A stretch of 64,000 nt of DNA from Myxococcota bacterium (GCA_965228475.1 OZ245817.1:2336001-2400000), one strand, 5' to 3'; positions 17,293 to 26,902 are shown, counted from the first letter of the stretch. Notes: generated by a model not told the origin, from the letters alone. Made by a program: numbers and translations.

Positions 17293-19094
17293 ATCTGCGA
17301 CACCTCGCCACGACGATCGGGGCGCTGGCGGTGCTCGGCGCGCTGGCTCTGGCGGCGATCGAATGGATCGTCGCGCTGCTCGCCTACCTCGAGACGCCCT
17401 GGGGTGGCGGCTTCCCGGTGGGGCTCGCCGTCGCGGCCTTCGGCGAGCACTTCGCCACCCACGCGCTCTGGTGGTTTCCCGTCTCGATTCCGCTCGGCCT
17501 CTTGATCGCACGGCTTCGCTCCGGCGAGCGCTCGCGCGGGGCCGGCGCCGCGCTCGGCGGGAGCGTGCTCGCAGGGATCTCATTCTTCGTCTTCCTCGGC
17601 TCGCCGTTCTTCGACGCCGGCACCTTCGCGCCCGATCCGCCGTCGGCGCGGGCCGAGCGCAGCGATCGGCCCCACGTCCTCTGGGTCGTCCTCGATACGG
17701 CGCGGGCCGACCGCATGAACATCCACGGCGCGCGCGAGGCGACGACGCCGTTCCTCGCCGAACTCGCGCGGAGCTCGCGCGTCTTCGACGCGGCCGCCGC
17801 CGACGGCACCTGGACCGCACCGTCCCACGCTTCGATGTTCACCGGCTTGAGCGTGCGCGGGCACGGCGTCGGGCGGACCACGCCGGTGCTCTCCCACCAG
17901 TTCGAGACGACGGCCCAGCGGCTGACGGAAGCCGGCTGGCGGACGGCCTCCTTCTCGAACAATCCCTTGATCAGCCATCCCTCGGGTCTCGCGCGCGGGT
18001 TCGAGGACGTCTTCCTCCCGACCCAGCTTCGCCTGCTCGGGAACTCCATGGCCGAGCAGTGGGTCATCCGGCAGGGCTTTACGCCCGTCGTCCCCTGGCT
18101 CGATCCGGATCAGGGCGCCGCCCTCACGGCGGACCGCGTGGCGCGCTGGCTCGACGCCGAGGCGGGGCAGGGCGAGCCGCTCTTCGTGTTCGTCAACCTG
18201 ACGGAGGCGCATCTTCCCTGGGAGCTGCCCGAGCCCCACCGCCGGGCGTTTCTGGATGCCGAGGAGTCCGCCCGCTCCCGGGCCCTCCGCTACAGCGTGC
18301 ACGGCGACATCCAGGACGCGCTGAACCGGCGCGTCGCCCGGGACGGGACGAGCTTCCTCGCCGCAGAGGACGCCGACATCCTGCGCAAGCAGTACGACGC
18401 GACGATCCGCTACCTCGATGGGCGCGTGGCGGAGCTCGTCGCGCTCTTCGAGGCGGCCGGCCTGTGGGAGGACACGCTCTTCGTGCTCACGTCGGACCAC
18501 GGCGAGTACCTCGGCACCCACGATCTCTGGTCGCACCTCTATCGCACGTACCAGGACCTGACCCACGTGGCGATGCTGATCCGCCCGCCCGGGGGAACGA
18601 CGGGGACCACGAGCGACGTCCCGGTCCTGCTCTCGGACCTTCACGCCACGGTCCTCGCCGCGACCACGGGAGCCGCGCCGGGAGCCGGCACGGGGCGGGA
18701 CCTGCTCGCGGACCCGAGCGCGCTGGCCGAGCGCCCGATCGTGAGCGAGGCCGGCCCGATCGGCGCCAGGGCGGCCGTCGGCGCCCGGGGCTTCCGGGAG
18801 GCCGAGACGCCGCGCGGCCGGAAGCTCGCCCGGCCCGAGATCGCGCTCCGGGACGCGCGCTACAAGCTCGTCTGGCCCGAGGGCGGCTCGCCGGAGCTCT
18901 ACGATCTCCAGAACGACCCCGGCGAGACGCGGAACCTGCTCGGCCGACGGCCGGCCGTGGCGCGCCGGATGCAGCAGGAGCTGCGCCGCTACCTGGCGGA
19001 AGAGCCGGCCTATGCGCCCGGTGCCGAGGAGATGCTCGACCCGGACTCCGGCCTCGGACAGGCCCTGAAGGCGCTCGGCTACATCGAGGACTGA
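17289..19094 (+). CDS. Membrane-anchored sulfatase-like / alkaline-phosphatase-superfamily enzyme
   Basis: N-terminal TM helices, VVLDTARAD, WTAPSHASMFTG, EAHLP, TSDHGE and YDLQNDPGE. Confidence 0.85.
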   Translation: MNLRHLATTIGALAVLGALALAAIEWIVALLAYLETPWGGGFPVGLAVAAFGEHFATHALWWFPVSIPLGLLIARLRSGERSRGAGAALGGSVLAGISFFVFLGSPFFDAGTFAPDPPSARAERSDRPHVLWVVLDTARADRMNIHGAREATTPFLAELARSSRVFDAAAADGTWTAPSHASMFTGLSVRGHGVGRTTPVLSHQFETTAQRLTEAGWRTASFSNNPLISHPSGLARGFEDVFLPTQLRLLGNSMAEQWVIRQGFTPVVPWLDPDQGAALTADRVARWLDAEAGQGEPLFVFVNLTEAHLPWELPEPHRRAFLDAEESARSRALRYSVHGDIQDALNRRVARDGTSFLAAEDADILRKQYDATIRYLDGRVAELVALFEAAGLWEDTLFVLTSDHGEYLGTHDLWSHLYRTYQDLTHVAMLIRPPGGTTGTTSDVPVLLSDLHATVLAATTGAAPGAGTGRDLLADPSALAERPIVSEAGPIGARAAVGARGFREAETPRGRKLARPEIALRDARYKLVWPEGGSPELYDLQNDPGETRNLLGRRPAVARRMQQELRRYLAEEPAYAPGAEEMLDPDSGLGQALKALGYIED

Positions 19095-19224
19095 GCGCGG
19101 ACCACGGGTCGGAGGCTGGCTTGCCCCGCGGGGGTAGGCCATCGGGCCGATGCGGCCAACCCACCGGAAAGACGACGATTCCGCTCACCGAGGCGACACC
19201 GCCTCCGGTGCAGAGGAGTCGTCC

Positions 19225-21768
19225 ATGGCCGCCCTTCGGAACATCGTTCGAAACGCAGTCTTCTTCTACGCGCTGGGCCTGGTTCTGGCGCCCTCGAGCG
19301 CCTTCGCAGCGGACACGGACTCCGACGGCGTCGACGACGCCTTCGACACCTGTTCCGAGCTCGCGCACCCGGCCCAGGGCGACGCCGACGGCGACGGCTT
19401 CGGCGACCCCTGCGATTGCGACTTCGACAACGACGGCTTCTGCAACATCAGCGACTTCACCGCCTTCGTCGCGGACTTCATCGCCGGCCGCGACTCCGGC
19501 GCCGGGACGGACATGAGCAGCGACGGCGCGGTGAACGTCGACGACTTCAGCCTCTTCATCACGGGCTTCACGAGTGGCCGCCCCGGCCCGGGAGCCACGG
19601 GCGCTGCGGACCCGGCGGCGATGTTCCCCGGAGTCGATTGCGAGGGCCCGGCCCTCGAAGACCTCTGCGAGATCACGGTGGTGCCGGGCATCGTCATCGA
19701 GGCGATTCGCGACCAGCTCGAGGCGCTGGCGGACGGTCTCCACGTGACGGGGGACGTTCGGGTACCGGCCTACGAAGGCGTGGCCCTGCTCGGCGATGCG
19801 ACGCTCGTGATCGAGCCCGGCGACGGCCCTTTCGGCTTCGACACGATCCGCGGCACGGCGACCTTGAGCTTCGGCTTCGAGACCGGCTTCTTCGGTGAGG
19901 TGCCGGTCGACTCCGTGATCGTGGATCTCGGCCTCGACCTCGGCGAGAACATCGAGGCCGACATCCCGCTCCAGCCGGACCTTCACTATCTGCTCTTCCA
20001 CGCAGGCGTCGGTTTCGACATCGAAGCGGGCCCGCTGCTGATCGAGGGCCCGGGCGGGTCGATGACCCTGCTCTTCAACCCGAGCGACCCGTTCTTCTAC
20101 GCGGGCGCCCAGGTGAACAACATCCCGATCCCGACCCCCGGCGGGCTCTTCTTCCTGACGGCGGGAGGCGGCGTCGGCATGTCGCACCAGGGCCTGATCC
20201 CCTTCGCTCCGGCGACGACCGACGGGATCGCCGCGCTCTTCCCGAACTTCGAGGGGCACTTCATCCAGCAGGTTCTCGGCGAGCTCCCGACCTGCGCCGG
20301 CTGTCCGACCCTCGAGGGCAACGGCTACGCGATCCTCGACCTCGATCCGCAGGAGGACGGCCTCGCGATCTTCGGGCCCGCCGAAACGGGAGGCGACGTC
20401 CAGCTCGGCATGAACGGCTTCTTCGCGCTGACCGGCTCCCTCGGGCTGGTGAGCCTCGAGGTGGATCTCTTCTCGGCGACGGGCGGGATCATCGCGACCG
20501 AGGGCGACCTCTCGACCTTCGTCGGAGGCCGCATCGCGACCCCGCCGGACCTGTTCGCCTTCAACCTGGACAGCGGCTTCGAGATCTTCCCGGCGCCGAC
20601 CACCCTCGAACTCGGACTCGGCGTGATGCTGAGCTCGGACCCGGCGATGCGCTTCTTCCGCTTCGAGGGGGAGCTGCTGAACGTCGGAGCGTCCGGGGTG
20701 GTCACCAACACCGGCGTGAACGTGACCCCCTTCTCGAGCGAGGGCTTCTTCTTCCAGACGGGCGGTTCGGGCACCTTCATCGGCGGCTCGACCCAGGCCG
20801 AGTACGTGGTCGAAGGCGTGCGCGCGCTCGAAGAGACGAGCTTCGAGATCAACTTCCCGGCCGACGACGACACGGAGATCGTCATGCGCTCCCGCTACGA
20901 GATCGGCAGCAACCGGCTTCGCCAGTCGACGCTCTGGCTGTCGCCGCGGCGCATCGCCCAGGAAGGCCTCCTCGACATGCCGAACTACACCTTCACGATG
21001 TTCGGCGAGCACACGCGGGATGGCACGCTCCTGCAGGGCACTCTCGAGGTGCCGATCCCGTACCACTACCCGGCGCTCGAGGCGATCCTCGAGATCAGCG
21101 ACCTCATCAGCCAGCAGGAAGCGGCGGTGGCCGCCATCGAAGCCGAAGCGGGACAGCTCGCGGGTCAGATCGCGGCAATCCAGGCCCAGCTCGATCCGGC
21201 GATCGATGCCCTGGACGTCGCGCTCGACGTTCTCGAGGACGCCGAGAACGCCCTCGAGGAAAACCTCGACGACATCGCCGACACGGAGCGGATCGACTGC
21301 GGCTGCAGCGAGTGCCAGATCTGGAACGTCGTCTGCTGGACGCAGTGCGGCCTCTGCGAGGGATCGCAGGAAGCGACTCTGATCTACCTCCGCGGTCTCA
21401 CGAGCGGGCTGCGGCGTGCGGTCGAGCTGGCGGAAATCGTGGTCCTCGGGCTCCAGGGGGAGGTCGCCGAATACCAGGTCCAGCTGAATGCCCTCCAGCA
21501 GTCCCTCACCCTCGTGAACGTGGGGCTCACCCCTGCGCTGGCGGCACTCTCGGCGCTCTATGCCCAGCGCGACGCACTCCCGCCCGAGGACGGGGTCTTC
21601 GATGCCGAGGTGACGCTCAGCATGACCCGCGAGGACCTCACCGGCTCGGTCGGCGGCGACTTCCAGGGAACGCCCGTCGGGGCCGGCACGGTCTACATGG
21701 ACGGCGCTCCGCGCGCCTGCTTCCGCCCGCCGGCGCCGGGCGCTCCGGAGTTCTGCACGCTGCTCTAG
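19225..21768 (+). CDS. Large secreted protein: N-terminal Ca-binding (thrombospondin type 3 / dockerin-like) repeats, beta-rich core, C-terminal coiled coil
   Basis: SD GAGGAG, signal peptide (AFA), DTDSDGVDD...DADGDGFGDPCDCDFDNDG...DMSSDGAVNVDDF, and heptad-rich helices flanking CGCSECQIWNVVCWTQCGLC. Confidence 0.75.
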   Translation: MAALRNIVRNAVFFYALGLVLAPSSAFAADTDSDGVDDAFDTCSELAHPAQGDADGDGFGDPCDCDFDNDGFCNISDFTAFVADFIAGRDSGAGTDMSSDGAVNVDDFSLFITGFTSGRPGPGATGAADPAAMFPGVDCEGPALEDLCEITVVPGIVIEAIRDQLEALADGLHVTGDVRVPAYEGVALLGDATLVIEPGDGPFGFDTIRGTATLSFGFETGFFGEVPVDSVIVDLGLDLGENIEADIPLQPDLHYLLFHAGVGFDIEAGPLLIEGPGGSMTLLFNPSDPFFYAGAQVNNIPIPTPGGLFFLTAGGGVGMSHQGLIPFAPATTDGIAALFPNFEGHFIQQVLGELPTCAGCPTLEGNGYAILDLDPQEDGLAIFGPAETGGDVQLGMNGFFALTGSLGLVSLEVDLFSATGGIIATEGDLSTFVGGRIATPPDLFAFNLDSGFEIFPAPTTLELGLGVMLSSDPAMRFFRFEGELLNVGASGVVTNTGVNVTPFSSEGFFFQTGGSGTFIGGSTQAEYVVEGVRALEETSFEINFPADDDTEIVMRSRYEIGSNRLRQSTLWLSPRRIAQEGLLDMPNYTFTMFGEHTRDGTLLQGTLEVPIPYHYPALEAILEISDLISQQEAAVAAIEAEAGQLAGQIAAIQAQLDPAIDALDVALDVLEDAENALEENLDDIADTERIDCGCSECQIWNVVCWTQCGLCEGSQEATLIYLRGLTSGLRRAVELAEIVVLGLQGEVAEYQVQLNALQQSLTLVNVGLTPALAALSALYAQRDALPPEDGVFDAEVTLSMTREDLTGSVGGDFQGTPVGAGTVYMDGAPRACFRPPAPGAPEFCTLL

Positions 21769-21840
21769 TCGCGGCGCTTGCGCAGGTTGCCTGTGCAAAG
21801 GCCGATGGGAGCGCCGGAACCTCGCCTCCGGTGTCCCCGC

Positions 21841-21882
21841 AAGACCGCCCGAGCTGCCCCCGCGGCTCGGGCGGTCTTTCCC
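21841..21882 (+). terminator. Intrinsic terminator-like hairpin
   Basis: AAGACCGCCCGAGC-loop-GCTCGGGCGGTCTT followed by pyrimidines. Confidence 0.65.
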
Positions 21883-22004
21883 GTTCCCGGACGCTATGCG
21901 CCTCCGCCTCGAGATCGCCGCAATCCGGGCCAACGAACCCTTCGCGCCGACGCGGTTTCTCCAAAGGCTCGCTCTAGCTTTTCGGGCGAAGCGTCGGGAG
22001 AACC

Positions 22005-23387
22005 ATGTCGGAAACCGGAACGAAGCCCTCGCAGCGGGGTCATGCGCGCATCCAGAACTCTCAGCTCGTCCGCATCGGCGTCGTCGGGCTGCTCCTGCTG
22101 GGGCTCCAGATCCCCATCCTGCTCATCGATCAGCAGATCGGCGCACGCCAGGCGACGCGGGACGAGGCGGTCCGGGAGGTCACGAGCCGCTGGGGAGGGG
22201 AGCAGCGCATCCTCGGCCCCGTGCTGCGGGTTCCCTACCGGGCGACCCACGTCGAGGTGGACGACGTCGGGCGGCGGCACACGCGCGAGGTCGTCCGCCA
22301 CGCGAGCTTCCTCCCGCAGGATCTCGAGATCGCCGCGGAGGCGAGCGGGGAGACGCGCTACCGCGGCATCTTCGACGTGCCCGTGTACCGCTCCCGGGTG
22401 GACCTCGTCGGGAGCTTCGGCTCCATCGACTTCGCCGACTGGGACGTCCCCGCGGAGAAGATCCTCTGGGAGCGCGCGGAGCTCCTGGTCGGCATCTCCG
22501 ATGCCCGTGCGCTGCGGGGGCAGCCCGTCGTGGTCTGGCAGGGCGGGGCGTATGCGTTCGAACCCGGCGGTGCCCACCTCGGCGACTGCGCTTCGAGCCT
22601 GCGCGCGAAGCTGGCCGGCGATCGGGCGGAGGACTTCGCGGGGCCGATGACCTTCGAGATTCCCCTCGAGCTGAACGGCGCCGTGCGCATCGCCTTCGCG
22701 CCGGTGGGCGACAGCACGGTGGCCACGCTGCGCTCGAACTGGCCCGATCCGAGCTTCGAGGGGCGCTGGCTCCCCGCCGAGCGATCCATCTCTCCCGAGG
22801 GCTTTTCGGCGCGCTGGGAGGTCTCGCAGATCGGGCGCGGCTATCCGCGGCGCTTCGCGAGCGCCATCGACCACGGTGCCCTGATGTCCGCGACCTTCGG
22901 CGTCGGGTTCCTCTCTCCCGTCGATCCGTACCGCATGGCGGAGCGCAGCGTGAAGTACGAGCTCCTCTTCCTGGCGCTTCCGTTCCTCACGCTCTGGCTC
23001 TTCGAGGTGGTCGGCGGGATCCGGGTGCACCCCGTCCAGTACCTGTTCATCGGGGCGGCCCTGTGTCTCTTCTATCTGCTGCAGCTGGCGCTCGCGGAGC
23101 ATCTCGGCTTCGGACTCGCCTACACGATCGCCGCGGCGAGCGTCGGGGGGACGGTGCTGCTCTACGGCCGCGCGATCCTCGGCGCGGGCTCGCGTGCCTC
23201 CGTGCTCGGCGCGCTCGTCGCGGCCCTCTACGGGTACCTGTACATCCTGCTGCGGGAGCAGGACTTCGCCTTCCTGCTGGGGTCGCTCGGGCTCTTCGCG
23301 GCCCTGGCGCTCGCGATGTGGCTCACGCGGAAGGTGGACTGGTACGCGCTCGACGGGAGCGGGACGGCCCCGCAGACGCCGCGCTAG
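22005..23387 (+). CDS. creD: Inner-membrane protein CreD
   Basis: WGGEQRILGP, RYRGIFDVPVY, SNWPDPSFEG, YRMAERSVKYELLF, VHPVQYLFIG and MWLTRKVDWY. Confidence 0.92.
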   Translation: MSETGTKPSQRGHARIQNSQLVRIGVVGLLLLGLQIPILLIDQQIGARQATRDEAVREVTSRWGGEQRILGPVLRVPYRATHVEVDDVGRRHTREVVRHASFLPQDLEIAAEASGETRYRGIFDVPVYRSRVDLVGSFGSIDFADWDVPAEKILWERAELLVGISDARALRGQPVVVWQGGAYAFEPGGAHLGDCASSLRAKLAGDRAEDFAGPMTFEIPLELNGAVRIAFAPVGDSTVATLRSNWPDPSFEGRWLPAERSISPEGFSARWEVSQIGRGYPRRFASAIDHGALMSATFGVGFLSPVDPYRMAERSVKYELLFLALPFLTLWLFEVVGGIRVHPVQYLFIGAALCLFYLLQLALAEHLGFGLAYTIAAASVGGTVLLYGRAILGAGSRASVLGALVAALYGYLYILLREQDFAFLLGSLGLFAALALAMWLTRKVDWYALDGSGTAPQTPR

Positions 23388-23415
23388 CCCACAGGCGTCT
23401 GCTAGCTTCGCCGTC

Positions 23416-23934
23416 GTGACGGACTCGACCGCCTGGCGACGCTGCAACGCCTGCAAACGACCGATCGCGCTCGGCGCCGTGTACCAGGTCTGCAGCGTCT
23501 CGACCTGCAACCAGAAGCGGACGGGCATGGTGTTCTGCACCGTCGACTGCTGGGAGGTGCACCTGCCGAGTGCGAACCACCGCGAGGCGTGGGCGGTCGA
23601 GAAGACGGCGCCGAGAACGGCCGACGGGCCGGCCAAGGCAACGGCAGCACCGCCGAAGCCTGCGGGGAGGGAGCCGCGGCGTCGGATCGTCCGGCCGGAA
23701 GCCGTGTCACGTCCTGCGAAAGCCGCCGCGGCGAAGGGTCCCGTCGACGACGCCATTCTCATCGTTGCGAGCCGGCTCAAGGACTACGTCCGGGCCCGCT
23801 CCGGCTTCAACACCTCGGACCGCGCCCTCGGGCCGCTCTCGGACATCGTCCGGCGGGCCGTGGACGAGGCCATCGAGCGGGCGCGCCGCGACGAGCGCAA
23901 GACCGTCCTCGACCGCGACATCCCCTCTCGCTGA
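23416..23934 (+). CDS. Bacterial histone-fold protein with N-terminal Cys/His zinc-binding domain
   Basis: N-terminal CNACKRPI...CSVSTC...FCTVDCWEVH...H, a basic Pro/Ala linker, and C-terminal ILIVASRLKDYVR...NTSDRALGPLSDIVRRAVDEAIERARRDERKTVLDRD, with the histone-fold RKTVxxxD signature. Confidence 0.82.
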   Translation: MTDSTAWRRCNACKRPIALGAVYQVCSVSTCNQKRTGMVFCTVDCWEVHLPSANHREAWAVEKTAPRTADGPAKATAAPPKPAGREPRRRIVRPEAVSRPAKAAAAKGPVDDAILIVASRLKDYVRARSGFNTSDRALGPLSDIVRRAVDEAIERARRDERKTVLDRDIPSR

Positions 23935-24014
23935 GATCCGTGGGCTCGCCACTTTCGGCGTCGGGACGCCACCCATGCATGCCGGGGTTCATCCCCGGTA
24001 GCGGGAGGTGTGCC

Positions 24015-24647
24015 ATGCGTGGAATCGGACGAGTCGCGGCCTTCTCGGCTGCCGTTGGCCTGGCGGTTGCCGCGGGAGCGGAGGCGTCGGCGGCTCCCAT
24101 CTACCTGAACATCGACAACATCACGGTCGAGGTCGGCCCGGGAACGTCGGCGGGCAGCTTCAACAACACGTTCGCGAGCGGCCAGACGATCGACAAGGTG
24201 ATCGACGCGCCCTCCGCCGACGCCGCGGAGTTCCACAACCAGACGACCCACATCTGGTTCACCGCCGATCAGATCGGTGGAGGCCTCGAGCTGCTCTTCG
24301 ACTTCGGCCAGGGCTACGACATCTCCACCCTGCATTTCTGGAACTACACCGGCGAGGGCTTCGACGTCGACCAGGTCGACTTCACTTTCTTCAACCCCGG
24401 AAACGTCGAGGTCGGCGATCTGACGATCAACCCTGCACTGGGCAGCAGCCCGGGCATCCTCGCCGAAGACATCCCGCTGCCCGCACCCATCAACGTCCGC
24501 TACGTCACGGCGTTCCTGACGGGTTCGAACGGAGAGGTCGACTTCCAGAACATCGGGTTCACCGCCGAGGTGTCGGTGCCGGAGCCGTCGCTTCTCGCGT
24601 TGCTCGGTGGCGTCCTCGTCGCCGTCTCCAGACGCCGGCTGGTCTGA
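24015..24647 (+). CDS. PEP-CTERM surface protein (discoidin/galactose-binding-like passenger suspected)
   Basis: SD GGGAGG, signal peptide (ASA), LFDFGQGYDISTLHFWNY, and C-terminal VPEPSLLALLGGVLVAVSRRR. Confidence 0.85.
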   Translation: MRGIGRVAAFSAAVGLAVAAGAEASAAPIYLNIDNITVEVGPGTSAGSFNNTFASGQTIDKVIDAPSADAAEFHNQTTHIWFTADQIGGGLELLFDFGQGYDISTLHFWNYTGEGFDVDQVDFTFFNPGNVEVGDLTINPALGSSPGILAEDIPLPAPINVRYVTAFLTGSNGEVDFQNIGFTAEVSVPEPSLLALLGGVLVAVSRRRLV

Positions 24648-24825
24648 ACCCGCTTCGGGTTCCGTCGCGGAAGGCTCGATCGCCGCAAGCGGGCGCATTT
24701 TCCCACTGGGTCGACCGGATCTGTCGCAGAACGGAGACGGTGGGGCAGCAGCGTTCGTACGGGCGATGCTTTTTCGGAACGGATGAAGCGCGCTTCATGC
24801 GAGAGTTCTCCCTCGGGAGGAATCC

Positions 24826-26229
24826 ATGCGCTACCGAGCCACCCTCGAGTTCTTTCTCGCGTCCGTCCTGCTCTCGATCGGGAACTCCGGATGTCTGAAG
24901 CCGGAGCTCACCAAACGGCATGATCGGATCGTTCCCAGCGCTGGCGTGTGCACGGAGGCCGGGGCCGCCCTTGCGGCCTTCAGCATTCCGACGCCGGGCG
25001 CCGGGTCCTCGTCCGGCGTGACGGACCTCGACGGGCGGGGCCAGAAGGCGTTGATCCAGGCCGTGGCGGCCACTTCGCCCGATTCTCTCTTTGAGGAGCT
25101 CGGGAAGCGCTTCAGCGCACCCGCAGCGCGTCCGACCGTTGAGCATGCGAATCGCTTCCAGCGAACGGTGGTGCTGTCGGTCGATCACAAGGCCGCAGGG
25201 GCGGCAGATCGCATCCGCGAGGCTCGGATCACCCTGACGCCCGAGGGCGCAGACTTTCTGAGCTGGGATCGGTTCGTCACCGAGTTCGGGAGCGTGGACC
25301 TCGGCAAGATCACCGCGGGACAGAGCCGAACGTCCTCGCTCGAAGCGTCGATCGGTGCGCCCCAGGTTCCGGAGGGGCTCTCGGTCAAGCCGCGCGTCGA
25401 GGTTTCCCGCTCCCTGAACGAAGAGGTCCAGCTCAAGCAGCGCTACGTGACCCTCACCGGCATCCTCGATGCGGACCGGGCGGAGGTGATCCAGCAGGGG
25501 ACGACGGGGATCGACCTCGCCGGGAACGTGACCCTGGCTCTGAGCGTCGCGGTGACCCCCCTGCAGGGCCCCGTGGAGGTGACGGAGTTCTCCGGCCTCT
25601 CGGCCGGGGGAGGGCCGAGCCGCCAGGCGGACGTCCGTTTTCGGCTCTTCGAGGTCCACGTGCCGACGATCCCAGGGAAAACGGATCCGATCCAGGCCGC
25701 GGCCAAGCTGGCCTACGAGATCCGACACGTCACCAAGAACGCGAGAACCATCAGCGAGGGCGACGACCATGTCGCGCTGTGTTCGGGCGAGGCCAGCGTC
25801 GAGGGGAACTTCACGCTCGTTCCGGTCGAGGACATGAAGTTCTCGACGTGGCACCTGTCGGCCGAAGGTGCGGTCGATGCGGATCGCGACCCGCCCGCCA
25901 CGAGCGCGACGTATTCCGTCGAGGTGCCGCGGCGACCGAGCCATGATTGTTCCACCGACGACCGGGTCGAGCTCGGGTTCCGCTCGGCCGCGGCCGCGGA
26001 CGACCTGTTGACGTGGCTCTCGGCGACGACCGCGGCGAGACCCGACGAAGCCGTCCAGATCGCGAACCGGCCGCTGTGCCAGTGCCTGAATCGCTACCGG
26101 GACGACGCCTGGGTCGACAGCGAGTGCGGTCCGATGAGGGGCCTGCTCGTGCCCGAGCTCTACACCTGGGAACACCGGGTCAACTGGCAACCTTCATCGA
26201 CGCGTTCGAACGTCCGAACCGCGCCTTGA
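24826..26229 (+). CDS. Hypothetical (lipo)protein
   Basis: SD GGAGG, hydrophobic N-terminus ending NSGC, 467-aa ORF with no recognised family. Confidence 0.7.
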   Translation: MRYRATLEFFLASVLLSIGNSGCLKPELTKRHDRIVPSAGVCTEAGAALAAFSIPTPGAGSSSGVTDLDGRGQKALIQAVAATSPDSLFEELGKRFSAPAARPTVEHANRFQRTVVLSVDHKAAGAADRIREARITLTPEGADFLSWDRFVTEFGSVDLGKITAGQSRTSSLEASIGAPQVPEGLSVKPRVEVSRSLNEEVQLKQRYVTLTGILDADRAEVIQQGTTGIDLAGNVTLALSVAVTPLQGPVEVTEFSGLSAGGGPSRQADVRFRLFEVHVPTIPGKTDPIQAAAKLAYEIRHVTKNARTISEGDDHVALCSGEASVEGNFTLVPVEDMKFSTWHLSAEGAVDADRDPPATSATYSVEVPRRPSHDCSTDDRVELGFRSAAAADDLLTWLSATTAARPDEAVQIANRPLCQCLNRYRDDAWVDSECGPMRGLLVPELYTWEHRVNWQPSSTRSNVRTAP

Positions 26230-26251
26230 TGGCGAGGTCGCGCCGACCCGC

Positions 26252-26902
26252 CTAGCCCTGCCGGCGGCCCCACAAGAGGAGCCCGGCGATCGAGAGCAAC
26301 GCCAGGCTCGACGGCTCGGGGACGATCCGGAAGTTCGGGCCGAAGTAGCCGTCGGTGCGTCCGGGCTGTTCGGCGGCCGGGAAGTCGAAGCCGTTCGCGT
26401 CGCGGGGTGCGCCGTAGCTGATCTGGGGGACGGCCGTCGCGTCGACGACGAAGCGGAACTCGTCGCACAGGGCGCAGTTCGTGCTCGCCGTGTTGTCCGC
26501 ACCGATCACGTACTCGCCCGGAGCCAGCACGAGAAGCTCGATGTCGTTGAAGAGCCAGCGGCCCTCGGCGGCGGTCGAGGCGAAGGGGGTGCTGGCGTCG
26601 GTGATGATCGTCTCGGCCAGGAGCTCCTCCGAGCCGTCGTCGCGCCAGAGCCGGATCCGGTGGTCTTGGCGAATGCCTTCCTCGGCACTGCCCGAGGGCA
26701 GGAAGGAGTCGAAGAAGCCGAGGCCATCGACGGTGACCTCCTCGTGAACCGTGAAGCTCCAACCGAGGGTCAGGCTCTCCGAGAAGCGGTTCCCGGTTTC
26801 GCCGACGAAGTCGACGGCCAGGACGGCGTGGGCCGCCGCCGGGGTGAGCAGGGCGAGCGCCAGGGCGAAGGCGGAGACGGAACGGCGGATGGCTGTGGCC
26901 AC
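26252..26902 (-). CDS. PEP-CTERM surface protein (DUF4082-like passenger)
   Basis: Signal peptide (AHA), TLGWSFTV...DGLGFFD...GYFGPNF, and C-terminal VPEPSSLALLSIAGLLLWGRRQG. Confidence 0.85.
   Translation of the reverse strand: MATAIRRSVSAFALALALLTPAAAHAVLAVDFVGETGNRFSESLTLGWSFTVHEEVTVDGLGFFDSFLPSGSAEEGIRQDHRIRLWRDDGSEELLAETIITDASTPFASTAAEGRWLFNDIELLVLAPGEYVIGADNTASTNCALCDEFRFVVDATAVPQISYGAPRDANGFDFPAAEQPGRTDGYFGPNFRIVPEPSSLALLSIAGLLLWGRRQG

Noticed and set aside
14602..21933. Very long antisense ORFs (14602-17820 and 18487-21933, both minus)
   Set aside because: Shadow ORFs opposite well-supported genes. High GC3 suppresses stops in alternative frames, and the translations have no motifs.
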